IMG/VR virus record: IMGVR_UViG_3300027754_000037
Length of the DNA: 64,000 bases
Strand: one strand, 5' to 3'
Source: a virus
Lineage: Duplodnaviria > Caudoviricetes
Shown here: piece after piece, positions 35,487-45,617 of the stretch
How positions within the stretch are numbered: position 1 is the first letter of the stretch
Layout of the letters: the number at the start of each line of letters is the position of its first letter
Notes under the pieces: generated by a model
The model's input: the letters and a program-made list of their open reading frames with translations, nothing else
What the model was told of the DNA's origin: nothing
Databases searched by the model: none
Made by a program: the position numbers and the translations under genes

Positions 35487-35922
35487 CAGTTCTTCTGACA
35501 ATCCATTCTTTGAAAGACTCGTTTTTGTTAAATTTTTTTCTTATTTTTGATTTGAAGTGATCCCAAACTTCACGGAATTTTGGATGAAGAGCCAAATCAT
35601 CGACACTATCAAGGTCACACCAACGAGCTTCGGTATGTTCTTTTGAAATTAATGCCTTAAATGGTTTTTCAATTGCGTGAAAATAAGTTCTGAACAACTT
35701 TTTGTCATCTTTGAAGTCAAAATAACCAAATGGAATTCCTATGCTACAACCGCACTCCTCATCTGACTCCCTATGGGCAGCTTGTTCTAAACTTTCGCTC
35801 TTTTCTAATTTGCCACCGGGAATGGTCCATGTACCGGGATGACTGTCTTTTGTGTTTCTCTTCAGTAGCAAAATTTTTTTGCCGTCTGTGAAGAGTATAC
35901 CGGCGCTTAATTTTTGTTTCAT
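35473..35922 (-). CDS. Nudix hydrolase
   Basis: GGKLEKSESLEQAAHRESDEECG Nudix box. Confidence 0.9.
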   Translation of the reverse strand: MKQKLSAGILFTDGKKILLLKRNTKDSHPGTWTIPGGKLEKSESLEQAAHRESDEECGCSIGIPFGYFDFKDDKKLFRTYFHAIEKPFKALISKEHTEARWCDLDSVDDLALHPKFREVWDHFKSKIRKKFNKNESFKEWIVRRTATLF

Positions 35923-36512
35923 CCTTTTGGTCCTCTTTTCAGAGGCACAGGTTTAAGTTTTTCTGTTTGACGGTCGGGCTGTCCCTTAAGGTGATGCATA
36001 GTGTTGATCAGTTCCTTGGCAACATCGGCAGCGGAATTGCCTGTGCATTTTGACGAACTTTGAATGGCAACCGTTTTTCTTTCCCTATTATAAAAACCCT
36101 TGCTGATTACAAAACATTTATGATCTGGGTGCCATGTGACTACCCCGGCCCACTCGCCATCATCCCAGTTTCTGGAAGAAATCAACAATCTCAATGGTTT
36201 TTCGGAAAAAACATGCTTGGTGTGATAGCCGTGATTTTTGAGTGCTGCGCTGATATATCCCAAACAAATTTTAGCGAAGCCTTCCAAGGCCTCATCTCCG
36301 TTTGTTCTGTAGTTTACCTCCACGCTATATCTTGATGTTTGAACACTTTCAACAAGTTCAGAATTCTTGTATTCCTGCATGGTCTTCATATTGCCACGCA
36401 GAGTTGCTCCGAAGAATTCAAGGCAAACCCTCAACAAGCCTTCTTTGTCAACCGTTCTAGGTTGAAATCCATCAATTTTTTGTTGATCTCGCCATGTAGA
36501 AAAATTTTTCAT
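35919..36512 (-). CDS. Hypothetical protein with capsid-targeting-like leader
   Basis: MKNFSTWRD. Confidence 0.65.
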   Translation of the reverse strand: MKNFSTWRDQQKIDGFQPRTVDKEGLLRVCLEFFGATLRGNMKTMQEYKNSELVESVQTSRYSVEVNYRTNGDEALEGFAKICLGYISAALKNHGYHTKHVFSEKPLRLLISSRNWDDGEWAGVVTWHPDHKCFVISKGFYNRERKTVAIQSSSKCTGNSAADVAKELINTMHHLKGQPDRQTEKLKPVPLKRGPKG

Positions 36513-36538
36513 ATTTATCTCCGATACCTATATATTGT

Positions 36539-37303
36539 ATGATGTGGATCAAATTTAGCGAATGGGTTGAATTGCGTGAGAGCTACAACGCTCCGAGAAA
36601 GGGCATGAAGTCCCGTTGGAGCACATCTTATAAAAAGAGCATTAATTGCGGCCATCCCAAAGGTTTTAGTCAAAAAAATTATTGCAAAAGAAAAGCCCGA
36701 GGTGGACAGTACACGGAGCAGTCAACTGTCGGTACTGAAGAGGTTGACTTCTCGCAAATAGAACAAAGATATTCCAAAACCAAGATTTCCGTCATGCTGG
36801 TTAGGCTTTACGACCAAATGACCAATCAAAAGCTTCTCACAAATATATCAACCATTGCCAACTTAAGCGGAAGCGCCTATGGAGTTTATGTAAGTAGCGA
36901 AAATAAAAAGGCGATTGGTTCTGATATTGTCAATAAAATTAAATTAATTTATCCGAACGATCCTAGCTTGGGAGAAAAACTTCAAAAGTTGCCCAAAAAA
37001 GTTTTAATGCAGTATATGCCTCACTTGGATGACAAAAAAATTGTTCCTTCAGATGTAATCCATGTCGATGTGAACAGACATCTGAGTGATTTAGGAGATT
37101 CTCCAGCAGCTATTATTGAAATAGCCAGCACAATTGTACACGAGGCAACTCATGTGTTGGAATATGAAGCCACAGGACAAACCAAGGACGGCCCAAATAC
37201 AGCCGTCGAGGTTGCAGAAAGAAAATTCAAGGCTTGGGTCCAACAGAACTGGAAAATGCTTCAGCAGAAGTTTGGATTCCAAGGTGAATATCCTTTTAGA
37301 TAA
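36539..37303 (+). CDS. HEXXH zinc-metallopeptidase-like protein with capsid-targeting-like leader
   Basis: MMWIKFSEWVELRE; IVHEATHVLE; N-terminal YKKSINC..PKGFSQKNYC module. Confidence 0.7.
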   Translation: MMWIKFSEWVELRESYNAPRKGMKSRWSTSYKKSINCGHPKGFSQKNYCKRKARGGQYTEQSTVGTEEVDFSQIEQRYSKTKISVMLVRLYDQMTNQKLLTNISTIANLSGSAYGVYVSSENKKAIGSDIVNKIKLIYPNDPSLGEKLQKLPKKVLMQYMPHLDDKKIVPSDVIHVDVNRHLSDLGDSPAAIIEIASTIVHEATHVLEYEATGQTKDGPNTAVEVAERKFKAWVQQNWKMLQQKFGFQGEYPFR

Positions 37304-37314
37304 GCAGGTGCAAC

Positions 37315-38022
37315 ATGGCTTTTGAATTCGTTGAATGGTTGGCAAAAAGAGATATTAGAGAAGATTTTGCAAGCAAATCTGGCGGTAAGAAAAATATTTG
37401 GATTACAATTGGTGCCGATGGCATAGAAAACGATCCTGTATTGGCCCAACAGCTTTTCCGATTGATTGATGACGCATATTCATCAATTGGAGGACATGTG
37501 GAATTCAGATCGCCGCAAGACATTGTAAATGCTTTTAAAAACCAAGATATTTCAGTAATTAAAGCAATTGATGTTGATGAAGATTCCGATCCTGACGCAC
37601 TAAATGTTTACAAAAATAAAGCAGGAGGATTAAAAACAGTAGCTTCTGCTGCAAAAACAAAAAGCGATCAAGCTAAAAGTGCACTCACAACAGGCAAAAA
37701 AGCAGAATTGAATCTTCCGGGTTATTACGGCGAAGTTTCAGATAAAATTGCAAAAGTGCTTCTGGACATAGGTGTTCCTGTCGTTGAAGATGAGGCAACA
37801 GTCAGAAAAGTTTTGCAAAAAGATATCATTTGGTATGGAGAGAATCCACAACTATCCTCTTTGCCTGAAAGAGTCCAACAAACCTTTGGAAAATACAAGG
37901 GTTGGTACGGAAGACAATTGAGAGATGGAAAGGCTCATGTAAAAATAATGGTTGGAAAACCAATTGTTCCTCAACAAAAACAAGATTTGGCTACGCCTGT
38001 AAATAAAGAAATTATTCAGTAA
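37315..38022 (+). CDS. Hypothetical protein with capsid-targeting-like leader
   Basis: MAFEFVEWLAKRDIRE; SD CAGG. Confidence 0.7.
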   Translation: MAFEFVEWLAKRDIREDFASKSGGKKNIWITIGADGIENDPVLAQQLFRLIDDAYSSIGGHVEFRSPQDIVNAFKNQDISVIKAIDVDEDSDPDALNVYKNKAGGLKTVASAAKTKSDQAKSALTTGKKAELNLPGYYGEVSDKIAKVLLDIGVPVVEDEATVRKVLQKDIIWYGENPQLSSLPERVQQTFGKYKGWYGRQLRDGKAHVKIMVGKPIVPQQKQDLATPVNKEIIQ

Positions 38023-38082
38023 AAAGTTTTTCTTGCAAATAAGTTCTCTTGTTCGATAACAAGAGACCTTATAGCATAAATA

Positions 38083-38985
38083 TTACATCATTTTAATGGG
38101 TAAAATATCTCCAAAGCGTGTTAAAAGTGCGTCTTGCCAATCTTTCTTTTCTTGGAGGCCTTCTGCCAATATGGTTGCGCCATCCAGTTGTACTCCACCA
38201 TTAGGTCCGGGTGGATTGCCAATTCTGCTTCGTATTCTTCCTAAAATGATCTTGGCGAATGCTAAAGCTCCTTCTTGCATGGCTTGAGTGACAATCCTGA
38301 AGTCCGGTCTTCTCGGCAGATATCTTACGGCAACAGGGTAATTTCTGTATGGAATAGGATAAATTTTGATGTGTTCAAAACCACCTAAAAATTCCCAACC
38401 ACCTTGTTGTCCAGATACACGGTTGTACATATCCTCATATTGTTTGTAGAGCACCCAATCAGACATTTTGCCCCAGACGGGTTGCTGAGGATTGATACCG
38501 CCAGCAATCGAGCCGTATGCGCCAGCGCCCATGTATTCCAAAGGAATTACACCACCCAAGTCAGAAGCTGAAAAAGCATAGTTGGCAGTTTCTTTGTAGG
38601 AAATCTGGCGTATAAAACCAACATCATTGGGCATTTTATAAACACTTTGACCGGGAGTCGTATAAAAAGTGTAGTATTGGAAGTATTCTGCCGGGGCATA
38701 ATCCTCAAATATTTGCAGGGCAAAATCAATACAGTTTTCAACTTGTTGGTCATCCAACTCTAGAGGTAAAACGGGAGCTCCGAGCATAGTCAGAACATAT
38801 TCTTTGATTTGGCCACGAACTTTTTCCCTGTTTTTTCTTGGACCAATCTTTTCCAAGGTATCTGTTGGTCCGAGGCTGGTGCTGCAACCCTGTCCACAAG
38901 ATAATTGGTTGTATTGATCTTTTGTTGGTCTTGGAATGTAAAGCGTATTGCTTGCCATAGTATCCTTTGTAAAAACGAAATCCAT
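38083..38985 (-). CDS. gp13: Neck protein (T4 gp13-like)
   Basis: IKEYVLTMLGAPVLPLELDDQQVENCIDFALQ; LGRIRS...PGPNGGVQLDG. Confidence 0.85.
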   Translation of the reverse strand: MDFVFTKDTMASNTLYIPRPTKDQYNQLSCGQGCSTSLGPTDTLEKIGPRKNREKVRGQIKEYVLTMLGAPVLPLELDDQQVENCIDFALQIFEDYAPAEYFQYYTFYTTPGQSVYKMPNDVGFIRQISYKETANYAFSASDLGGVIPLEYMGAGAYGSIAGGINPQQPVWGKMSDWVLYKQYEDMYNRVSGQQGGWEFLGGFEHIKIYPIPYRNYPVAVRYLPRRPDFRIVTQAMQEGALAFAKIILGRIRSRIGNPPGPNGGVQLDGATILAEGLQEKKDWQDALLTRFGDILPIKMM

Positions 38986-39050
38986 TTCCCTTATATATTC
39001 TTGGTAAAAAAGATATATATTTTATTAAAGAATTAGTGCAAAAGGTTGAA

Positions 39051-41651
39051 ATGTACCAAAGTTTCAAAGAATTTTTGTGGAAAACTGCGGATGAGATGCC
39101 GGACAGATCATTTTCATTCCATCAAAAAAACTATTTTCGCAACCTTTTTGAAATGGCAGAGGAAGGAGATCGAATCAGATTTCCTGTGCACATTGATGAA
39201 GAAGATTTAAAATTTCTGAAACAGTTTGACGAAATTTATTGGCCAAGTGCTCTTTATCAACGCTACCAGATGCTTTTTGGTGAAATTGAAAAGATGCACA
39301 ATAGTCGCATGGAAGCTGGAATGGGTAGTCTCAAGGACGAGATTTTAAAAGCAATCAAAACTCAAAACTGGAACAAACTTAAAGAGTTAGAAAGTCATTT
39401 GGTGCTTCCAGATTTAACTATAGATCGTCTGAAGAGAGATTACTCTAATCATTCAAAAAACGACGATGAGCTTAATGATATTGCTGACAAGATGTCCACC
39501 AAGCACATGAAGGAACAAGATTACTTTGTTGGCGATCCAGCAACAGCGGCATTTAGATTTCCCAAGTTCATCAAAAACAAGCAGGGCAAGTTGAAATTCA
39601 TCAACAGAGCCAAAGAAAAAGTTGAGGTTGTCGCCAAGCCCTACTTAAATCGACTGTATCATAGGCTTGAAAGAAGTTATGGGCATCCACATTCAGAGGA
39701 TAGCGGATTAGAGGGCTCAGGCAGGTATGGTTTCGATATGGCGCACCCTGTTCGAGCTATTCCCACACCGGAAGGCTTGGAGCTACCTCATACTACTGCT
39801 GGTATGAAATTCCCCACTTACAAACAAATTGCAGACAGGATGCAAGATTTCTTGGCTCACAATTCACACCGTACATTTGGAGAAATCAAAGGTGATGGCT
39901 TAATTTGGAAAAAAGTACAGAACAGAGAAGACACAGAAACAGCAGGATTTTATCTCAAAAAATTTGAAAAACAGTTTTATAATCAAAACAAAAACAATTC
40001 AGCGGAGTTTGCAACCAAAGACGCAGTCCTTAAGGCTGCTCGCATCCATGCGAAAAAACAAGTTATCAAAATGGCCAAGAAAAAAGAGCTTCTTGGTCCT
40101 CCTGTTCCGGGTGTCGATGAAAGAGGAAGGCCTAGTCGCAGCAAAACAACTCGATTTCCCGTAAAGGTTGCTAAAAATGTTGATGGGCAAGAAGTCCTAG
40201 TAAATCCCCCTCTGTTTCTGCCTTACAAAAAAGAAATCGTCAATGGCAAGGAAAAATTAGTTCCTACTGTAAATCCAGCTTTCTTTTATCGTGAATTGGG
40301 CACAGACGAAAATGATTTTAAGAAAGAGAGAGTCAAGGACAAAGATGGCAACTATATTGTCAGAAATGCCACAGATGAAAACGGCAAGTCTATTTGGAAC
40401 ATTCCTCATGAAATGAGACTTGGACATGAAGGAAAATATGTAAAAGTTAATGACGATGAATTCAAATATGGCAAAGAAGTACAAAAAGATGGTTCTATAG
40501 ATTTCAATCACAATAGTGAATCTTTGCACCACTATATTCCCGGCACCGAAGAATACGAGAAAGTTTTCAGCGACATATTTGCCAATCAAAAGCAAGTTGA
40601 TATGGCTCACAACAAGACTGATGGTCACCATCTAGTGGATAGCGAAGATTCTGGCATGACTGAAGACATTATGCGTGGAATTTTAAACTGTATCAGGATG
40701 GCATCTTGCGGAGAAAAAACAGACTTTGAGAAGTCCAAGATGCTTCAGAGCGTTGATTTGATTTACCAGATTGTTTTCAACACTATGATTATGGACCTGA
40801 GAAAGCATCAAATTGGCAACCTTGATAGCAAAAGAGGCAGAAGAGAATATGCTCGTCATAAAGCTTCAATGTATGCGCAATATGATTTAGGTGGTGGTTC
40901 AAGAAGATTGAGAGCATTGACTCCTGCTGCCCGTAGGAGGCACAGGAGTAATCCCAGAGCAGGAATCCGCAATATTCCAGCTAATCTTGAAGAATATCGT
41001 AACCTTAAAGCCAAATTATATTCCTTGCGTAGCAAGGCTTTGAGAACAGATCAAGAGGTTGTCAGCACTATTCAAACTGGCAAAACAAATCTGACGCAAG
41101 GTTCTTTGAATGCAATGATCAACGCTCTCAAAGGCCGATATGATGTGGCCAACGAATTGCAAACCATGTTGGTTAACATACACTCTCAACACAAAGATCA
41201 GAGCAGCACAGAATCCTCAGAAGATTGGGCAAACAGTCAAATCAGATCGTGGGCAGAAGACAACTACAATTCAAACATGATGTTGCAACAGTTCCAACAA
41301 CTGCCAATTGTGCGAAAAGCTTTAGCAAATGAAGGTCAAGTAGCTCCTACTTCTCAAGAGCGTCCCGGCGAAGCTGCTGCTCCTGTAGTTGCTGGCGCTG
41401 CTCCTGTGTCCAAAATGGGGCCAAAACCAGAGGGTCAAGAATGGTTTCAATTTTTCCAACAAGGCACTCCTCAAAGCATCTTCCATCTTACTCAGGACGA
41501 CAATTTCCATCGACAAGCCAGCAACAATTTGCTAACAGCCGTAAAAAGTCGAATAGAGAAAAACTCTAGTAAGTACAACCCTGACGATTACAGGGCTGCA
41601 ATTGATAGAGTTGAAGCCACCATGCGTCAAAGAGGCATAAGAATAAGGTGA
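39051..41651 (+). CDS. Large (~866 aa) protein with capsid-targeting-like leader
   Basis: MYQSFKEFL; long ORF in the neck/tail gene region. Confidence 0.75.
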   Translation: MYQSFKEFLWKTADEMPDRSFSFHQKNYFRNLFEMAEEGDRIRFPVHIDEEDLKFLKQFDEIYWPSALYQRYQMLFGEIEKMHNSRMEAGMGSLKDEILKAIKTQNWNKLKELESHLVLPDLTIDRLKRDYSNHSKNDDELNDIADKMSTKHMKEQDYFVGDPATAAFRFPKFIKNKQGKLKFINRAKEKVEVVAKPYLNRLYHRLERSYGHPHSEDSGLEGSGRYGFDMAHPVRAIPTPEGLELPHTTAGMKFPTYKQIADRMQDFLAHNSHRTFGEIKGDGLIWKKVQNREDTETAGFYLKKFEKQFYNQNKNNSAEFATKDAVLKAARIHAKKQVIKMAKKKELLGPPVPGVDERGRPSRSKTTRFPVKVAKNVDGQEVLVNPPLFLPYKKEIVNGKEKLVPTVNPAFFYRELGTDENDFKKERVKDKDGNYIVRNATDENGKSIWNIPHEMRLGHEGKYVKVNDDEFKYGKEVQKDGSIDFNHNSESLHHYIPGTEEYEKVFSDIFANQKQVDMAHNKTDGHHLVDSEDSGMTEDIMRGILNCIRMASCGEKTDFEKSKMLQSVDLIYQIVFNTMIMDLRKHQIGNLDSKRGRREYARHKASMYAQYDLGGGSRRLRALTPAARRRHRSNPRAGIRNIPANLEEYRNLKAKLYSLRSKALRTDQEVVSTIQTGKTNLTQGSLNAMINALKGRYDVANELQTMLVNIHSQHKDQSSTESSEDWANSQIRSWAEDNYNSNMMLQQFQQLPIVRKALANEGQVAPTSQERPGEAAAPVVAGAAPVSKMGPKPEGQEWFQFFQQGTPQSIFHLTQDDNFHRQASNNLLTAVKSRIEKNSSKYNPDDYRAAIDRVEATMRQRGIRIR

Positions 41652-41654
41652 AAA

Positions 41655-41921
41655 ATGGCTAGTTGGATGGACTACATGATGAATCCTAGGACTCATCATT
41701 TAAAAAAAGCGATGTATGAAATACTGAAGGAACGATATGGACCACATGACCAGATACTCGAAAGAGTTTCATCGTCTTTGGTGACTGAATCTGATATTCA
41801 GGATTTTTTTAAATTAATTACTTCCATTTATGAAACAGCTTATTTAAAAGCCGTAAATGATCACTCGGATGCTTTGACTAAATTGGGATTACATGCTAAA
41901 GTGGTATCGGACAAAAACTAG
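41655..41921 (+). CDS. Hypothetical protein
   Basis: 88-aa ORF; SD AAGG. Confidence 0.65.
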   Translation: MASWMDYMMNPRTHHLKKAMYEILKERYGPHDQILERVSSSLVTESDIQDFFKLITSIYETAYLKAVNDHSDALTKLGLHAKVVSDKN

Positions 41922-42565
41922 GATTCAAAGCTTGGTTGATAGTCTGATGGGATCGATTCTATCAAAAAACCACCTTCCTTGGGTTCTATATTTTTTACTT
42001 TCCACCATCTTTTGAACATGGTTTTAGGGTACAGAATCGACCCCAAGGTAACTTTGTTGACATCTGTCCATACAACTAATTTGAAATCTTCCTGAACCAA
42101 GACAACACCTTCAAATGAAGATGGAGATCCATATTGAACAGTCTTTTGGGCTTCGCCATAAAGGCTGTCTATTTTAGTTCTGATTGTTGCAGGCAAAAAG
42201 TGGATGAAATTTTTTTCAATCTCTGGCTTTTGGTCTTCTTCTTTTCTTTTAAGGTCTTCTTGAATAACTGTTTTTCTTTCAAATTTTTCTGCCTCGGGGG
42301 GATCTGGCGATTTTTGCAATGGGACTTTATCTGTTTTTGGGACAACGATTTTGATTTCGGGTTTTGTTTTTTCTAATTCTGTAACAAAGTTATCTTTAAG
42401 ATCAAAATCAGACTTCTTGGGGATAACTACTGTGTTATCTTCTTTGGTTTCTGTGTCCCAACTCATGTTGTGAACCGTGAAACCATCCCAAACATCTTGC
42501 GTTTCCATAGCTGGGTTTGGGCCAAAAAGTTTGTATACACTACCGTCTTTATTGTAGAGTGTCAT
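41918..42565 (-). CDS. Hypothetical protein
   Basis: 215-aa ORF. Confidence 0.7.
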   Translation of the reverse strand: MTLYNKDGSVYKLFGPNPAMETQDVWDGFTVHNMSWDTETKEDNTVVIPKKSDFDLKDNFVTELEKTKPEIKIVVPKTDKVPLQKSPDPPEAEKFERKTVIQEDLKRKEEDQKPEIEKNFIHFLPATIRTKIDSLYGEAQKTVQYGSPSSFEGVVLVQEDFKLVVWTDVNKVTLGSILYPKTMFKRWWKVKNIEPKEGGFLIESIPSDYQPSFES

Positions 42566-42602
42566 ACTATTATATAGTTATGCTTTAGGAGTAAAAGAAA
42601 CG

Positions 42603-43025
42603 ATGGCCTTAGTCGTACCAAATAACGCCGATGTGCTGATGTTGAAATACATCTTGAATCAACTAACAACGGAAGGTAGCCCCGGCGGGGCTGGTGGACA
42701 AAGGATATTGAAGCTTTTTTCCAATGGCAATTTAAATCCAGCGAAAAATACTGCAATTGCAGATATTACAGAACTTTCACATCCTGACTATACGCAAAAA
42801 ACACTCTTTGGAGCAAGCTGGACTATTGCAACATCAACGGCTGGCACAAATACGGCTGTTTATAGTGAGCAGGTTTTCAATTTTTCTTCAGGAGTAAGTG
42901 TCTACGGCTACTATGTTACTAATGCTACAGGTTCTTTGTTATGGGTGGAAAGATTTTCCACGACTCCGTTCGTTCTTACCGGTGCGGGCGAGATCGCAGT
43001 AACCCCACGATTAACTTTGGATTGA
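42603..43025 (+). CDS. Putative virion structural protein
   Basis: LKLFSN...VYGYYV...LLWVERF beta-rich pattern; SD AGGAG. Confidence 0.65.
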   Translation: MALVVPNNADVLMLKYILNQLTTEGSPGGAGGQRILKLFSNGNLNPAKNTAIADITELSHPDYTQKTLFGASWTIATSTAGTNTAVYSEQVFNFSSGVSVYGYYVTNATGSLLWVERFSTTPFVLTGAGEIAVTPRLTLD

Positions 43026-43049
43026 AAATTATTACACATTAAAATCACT

Positions 43050-43085
43050 AAGCCCATTTTCTTTAAGAAGATGGGCTTTTTTTTT
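43050..43085 (+). terminator. Intrinsic terminator
   Basis: AAGCCCATTTTCT-TTA-AGAAGATGGGCTT plus T tract. Confidence 0.8.
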
Positions 43086-43104
43086 GTGAAAAATGAATTA
43101 TAAA

Positions 43105-43112
43105 CATAAATA
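43105..43112 (+). promoter_or_regulatory. Putative late promoter box CATAAATA
   Basis: Box, then SD GAGGT, then ATG 43129. Confidence 0.6.
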
Positions 43113-43128
43113 AAAAAAGAGGTATATC

Positions 43129-44508
43129 ATGAGCGATTTAAGTTTTAGAGAATGGCTGTATGCTGAAGAATTAGAAGACATGGGCTCAACATCGTCTGAT
43201 CCTGTTTCTAATACTTCTTCTTCTAGTTTGATACCTGTGCGTAAAAGAACTGGAAGGACTAGTAGTTCAGAAACAGAACCTGTTGCAGAGCCAGCAGGTT
43301 ACACTAGATGGGAAAAACCCGGAGGTGGCTTGTATGAACCTCCCAATAAAAAGTTTGGTTTCTCTGGAAAAGAACCCAGAGAATACAGACGAGTCAGTAA
43401 GAACTTAGGTTCCTACGAAGCCGATCCTGCTCACAACAATATATTGAAAGAAATTCTTGGATTCACTCCAGTAAGTGGCAAGTCATGGACCAAGGAAATC
43501 GGAGGTTTTCTCTTGTTCAAATTTAATAACACTAAAGACAAGAATGAAGTAAATCAAAAAATAAACACAGCAATAAATGATTTTGTTGTGCATTACAATA
43601 ATCCAAAATTCGGCTCAATATTTGCTGATGATGAAGGCAACAAGTCTTTTGTAAGCTTCAAAGACAAAATTGAAGCAACGGAAACTCCTATTGAAAAATC
43701 AAATATTGTCAAGTCTGCTATTAGAAAAATAGTTAGCCAATTGATTGGCATAGATGCAAAAGAGACTGGCAAAATGCATCGTGCAAGACTACCGCAAAAG
43801 GTTTTAGGTCGTAGAACTGGAACTCCTGTTCGGCAACTTACAATCGACGATTTGGAGAGTTCGGTTGGCACTCCCGATTATGAGAACCTGTTGCGTCAGA
43901 TGGACCCAGCTACGGGAGGCAAAAGAGCAGCCCGAGACTGGATGGGCAACAGATATGCGACCGAAAAGGTTGCAAAAGCCTTAAAGGGAGACCCCACTAA
44001 AGCTGTGAAATTGATGTCGCAAATCTTGGGCAGAGAAACCACTCCTGAAGAAATCAATCAGATGAGAAAAGATTTGGAAGCCCAAGGATTTTCTTTACCA
44101 CAAAGAATTTTTGATCTAGCAGGACAAGCAACTCCAGAGACGCAAGCTTTCATGCGAGATGCTAAAGATTATATTGCCAAAGAGCTCATGGATGAACTGC
44201 ATCGCAAACAGACGACAAGAAGTCGTGGTCCTCAAACTGGAGCAGGTGCAAAAATTCAAAAAGTTGCAATTGAAATGTTGGATGATTTTATCGCTGGCAA
44301 GGAAATCACAAACACCATTAAAGACAAATATCCAGAAATCACAAATCCGAGCAGGGTTCTCGACGCAATTAGATCGGCAACTAGAAAAGTTGTCGATGAA
44401 TATGGCACAGAAGAACAAAAGCGTATGTTCCAAGCATACACAAGCAGGATTGAGAGAGGCAAACTTCAGGCAAGAGCCAACAGAGCAAGACCTACAGAGG
44501 ATAGTTAA
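43129..44508 (+). CDS. Protein with capsid-targeting-like leader
   Basis: MSDLSFREWLYAEE. Confidence 0.75.
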   Translation: MSDLSFREWLYAEELEDMGSTSSDPVSNTSSSSLIPVRKRTGRTSSSETEPVAEPAGYTRWEKPGGGLYEPPNKKFGFSGKEPREYRRVSKNLGSYEADPAHNNILKEILGFTPVSGKSWTKEIGGFLLFKFNNTKDKNEVNQKINTAINDFVVHYNNPKFGSIFADDEGNKSFVSFKDKIEATETPIEKSNIVKSAIRKIVSQLIGIDAKETGKMHRARLPQKVLGRRTGTPVRQLTIDDLESSVGTPDYENLLRQMDPATGGKRAARDWMGNRYATEKVAKALKGDPTKAVKLMSQILGRETTPEEINQMRKDLEAQGFSLPQRIFDLAGQATPETQAFMRDAKDYIAKELMDELHRKQTTRSRGPQTGAGAKIQKVAIEMLDDFIAGKEITNTIKDKYPEITNPSRVLDAIRSATRKVVDEYGTEEQKRMFQAYTSRIERGKLQARANRARPTEDS

Positions 44509-45050
44509 TGCCTATAAAGAATTTGGACGGGAGTCCATATAGTCTTAGAGGCAGCGTTCAAATGTACGATCCTTTAGATCGTACATTTGATCTTTTCAAT
44601 TTATGGGATCAAGAAGCAATTAGAAGGGGTGGATCGCCAATTTACTACTATGAAGTAGTAATTACGCAAAACATGATTGATCCGATATATTTAGAAGCAC
44701 GCAATAAGCTGTTTTCAAATAATCCCGTACAACTGTGGTGTACATATGATCCAATTCCGAGTCAAAACTTGGTAAATCAGTTTGGCATAGATGCACCGGA
44801 TGAAATGAAATTTGAATTGAATTATCGTTCAGTTCTTCAAAGTCTTGGACATCCACCAAAGATTGGTTCTAGGCTTTTTACTCCTCATCTGCGTGAAAAC
44901 TGGGTGATTGTGCAGCGCAACTTGGGCGAATTCAAAATGTGGGGAGTTTTGAGAATAGAGCTTATTTGTCAAAGGTTTCAAGAGGATGTGGTTACTGGAG
45001 ATGGAAAAGTTACGCAGAAGCAACCGGACCTTAAAATCAAGATCGTATGA
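44508..45050 (+). CDS. gp14: Neck/head-completion protein (gp14-like)
   Basis: DQEAIRRGGSPIYYY...DPIYLE...FGIDAPDE pattern; location in the neck cluster. Confidence 0.65.
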   Translation: MPIKNLDGSPYSLRGSVQMYDPLDRTFDLFNLWDQEAIRRGGSPIYYYEVVITQNMIDPIYLEARNKLFSNNPVQLWCTYDPIPSQNLVNQFGIDAPDEMKFELNYRSVLQSLGHPPKIGSRLFTPHLRENWVIVQRNLGEFKMWGVLRIELICQRFQEDVVTGDGKVTQKQPDLKIKIV

Positions 45051-45060
45051 GGAAAATCCT

Positions 45061-45486
45061 ATGAAGACATTTTATGAATTTTTAAAACAAATGTGGAACG
45101 AGCAAGTTCCTGTTCAAAACGCCCCTGTGGCTGGACAACCTCAAGGAGCACAGCCTGCTACTGCTGCGCCTCCCGGTCAACAAGGTGCGCAACAGCAACA
45201 AGCCGGAGGCAGAGGGGTATCTCCAGCAGTTCCGCCTCCAGATAAGGCGTTTAACGATATTCTAACAACCGCAGCTAAAAATAAAGATTTCGTAACTGCT
45301 TTGACGCAAAATGCTTCCAAGGTAACTGATCCCAACATGAAAAAGTTTTTGACATCATTTGCTCAAAGCTTGAATAACTCACAACAAGCTGCTAAATCCG
45401 GCGGTCAAGCACAACAGGCTCAACAAGGCCAAGCTGCTCCACAAGCTGGTGGTGCTGGCATGGCTGGAGGAGCTCCTACTGCTTGA
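45061..45486 (+). CDS. Q/A/G-rich protein with capsid-targeting-like leader
   Basis: MKTFYEFLKQMWNE; SD GAGG. Confidence 0.75.
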   Translation: MKTFYEFLKQMWNEQVPVQNAPVAGQPQGAQPATAAPPGQQGAQQQQAGGRGVSPAVPPPDKAFNDILTTAAKNKDFVTALTQNASKVTDPNMKKFLTSFAQSLNNSQQAAKSGGQAQQAQQGQAAPQAGGAGMAGGAPTA

Positions 45487-45617
45487 AAATAATCTGTGTC
45501 GATTTGTACAGAGTGGGTTTATTCACCCGAAAAAATAATTTTCTCGGTAATTTTGGTTTTTTAAATTTAGCCACAGGTTCCCCAGCAATATATGTTGGCA
45601 CCTTGTGGCTTCTTTTT

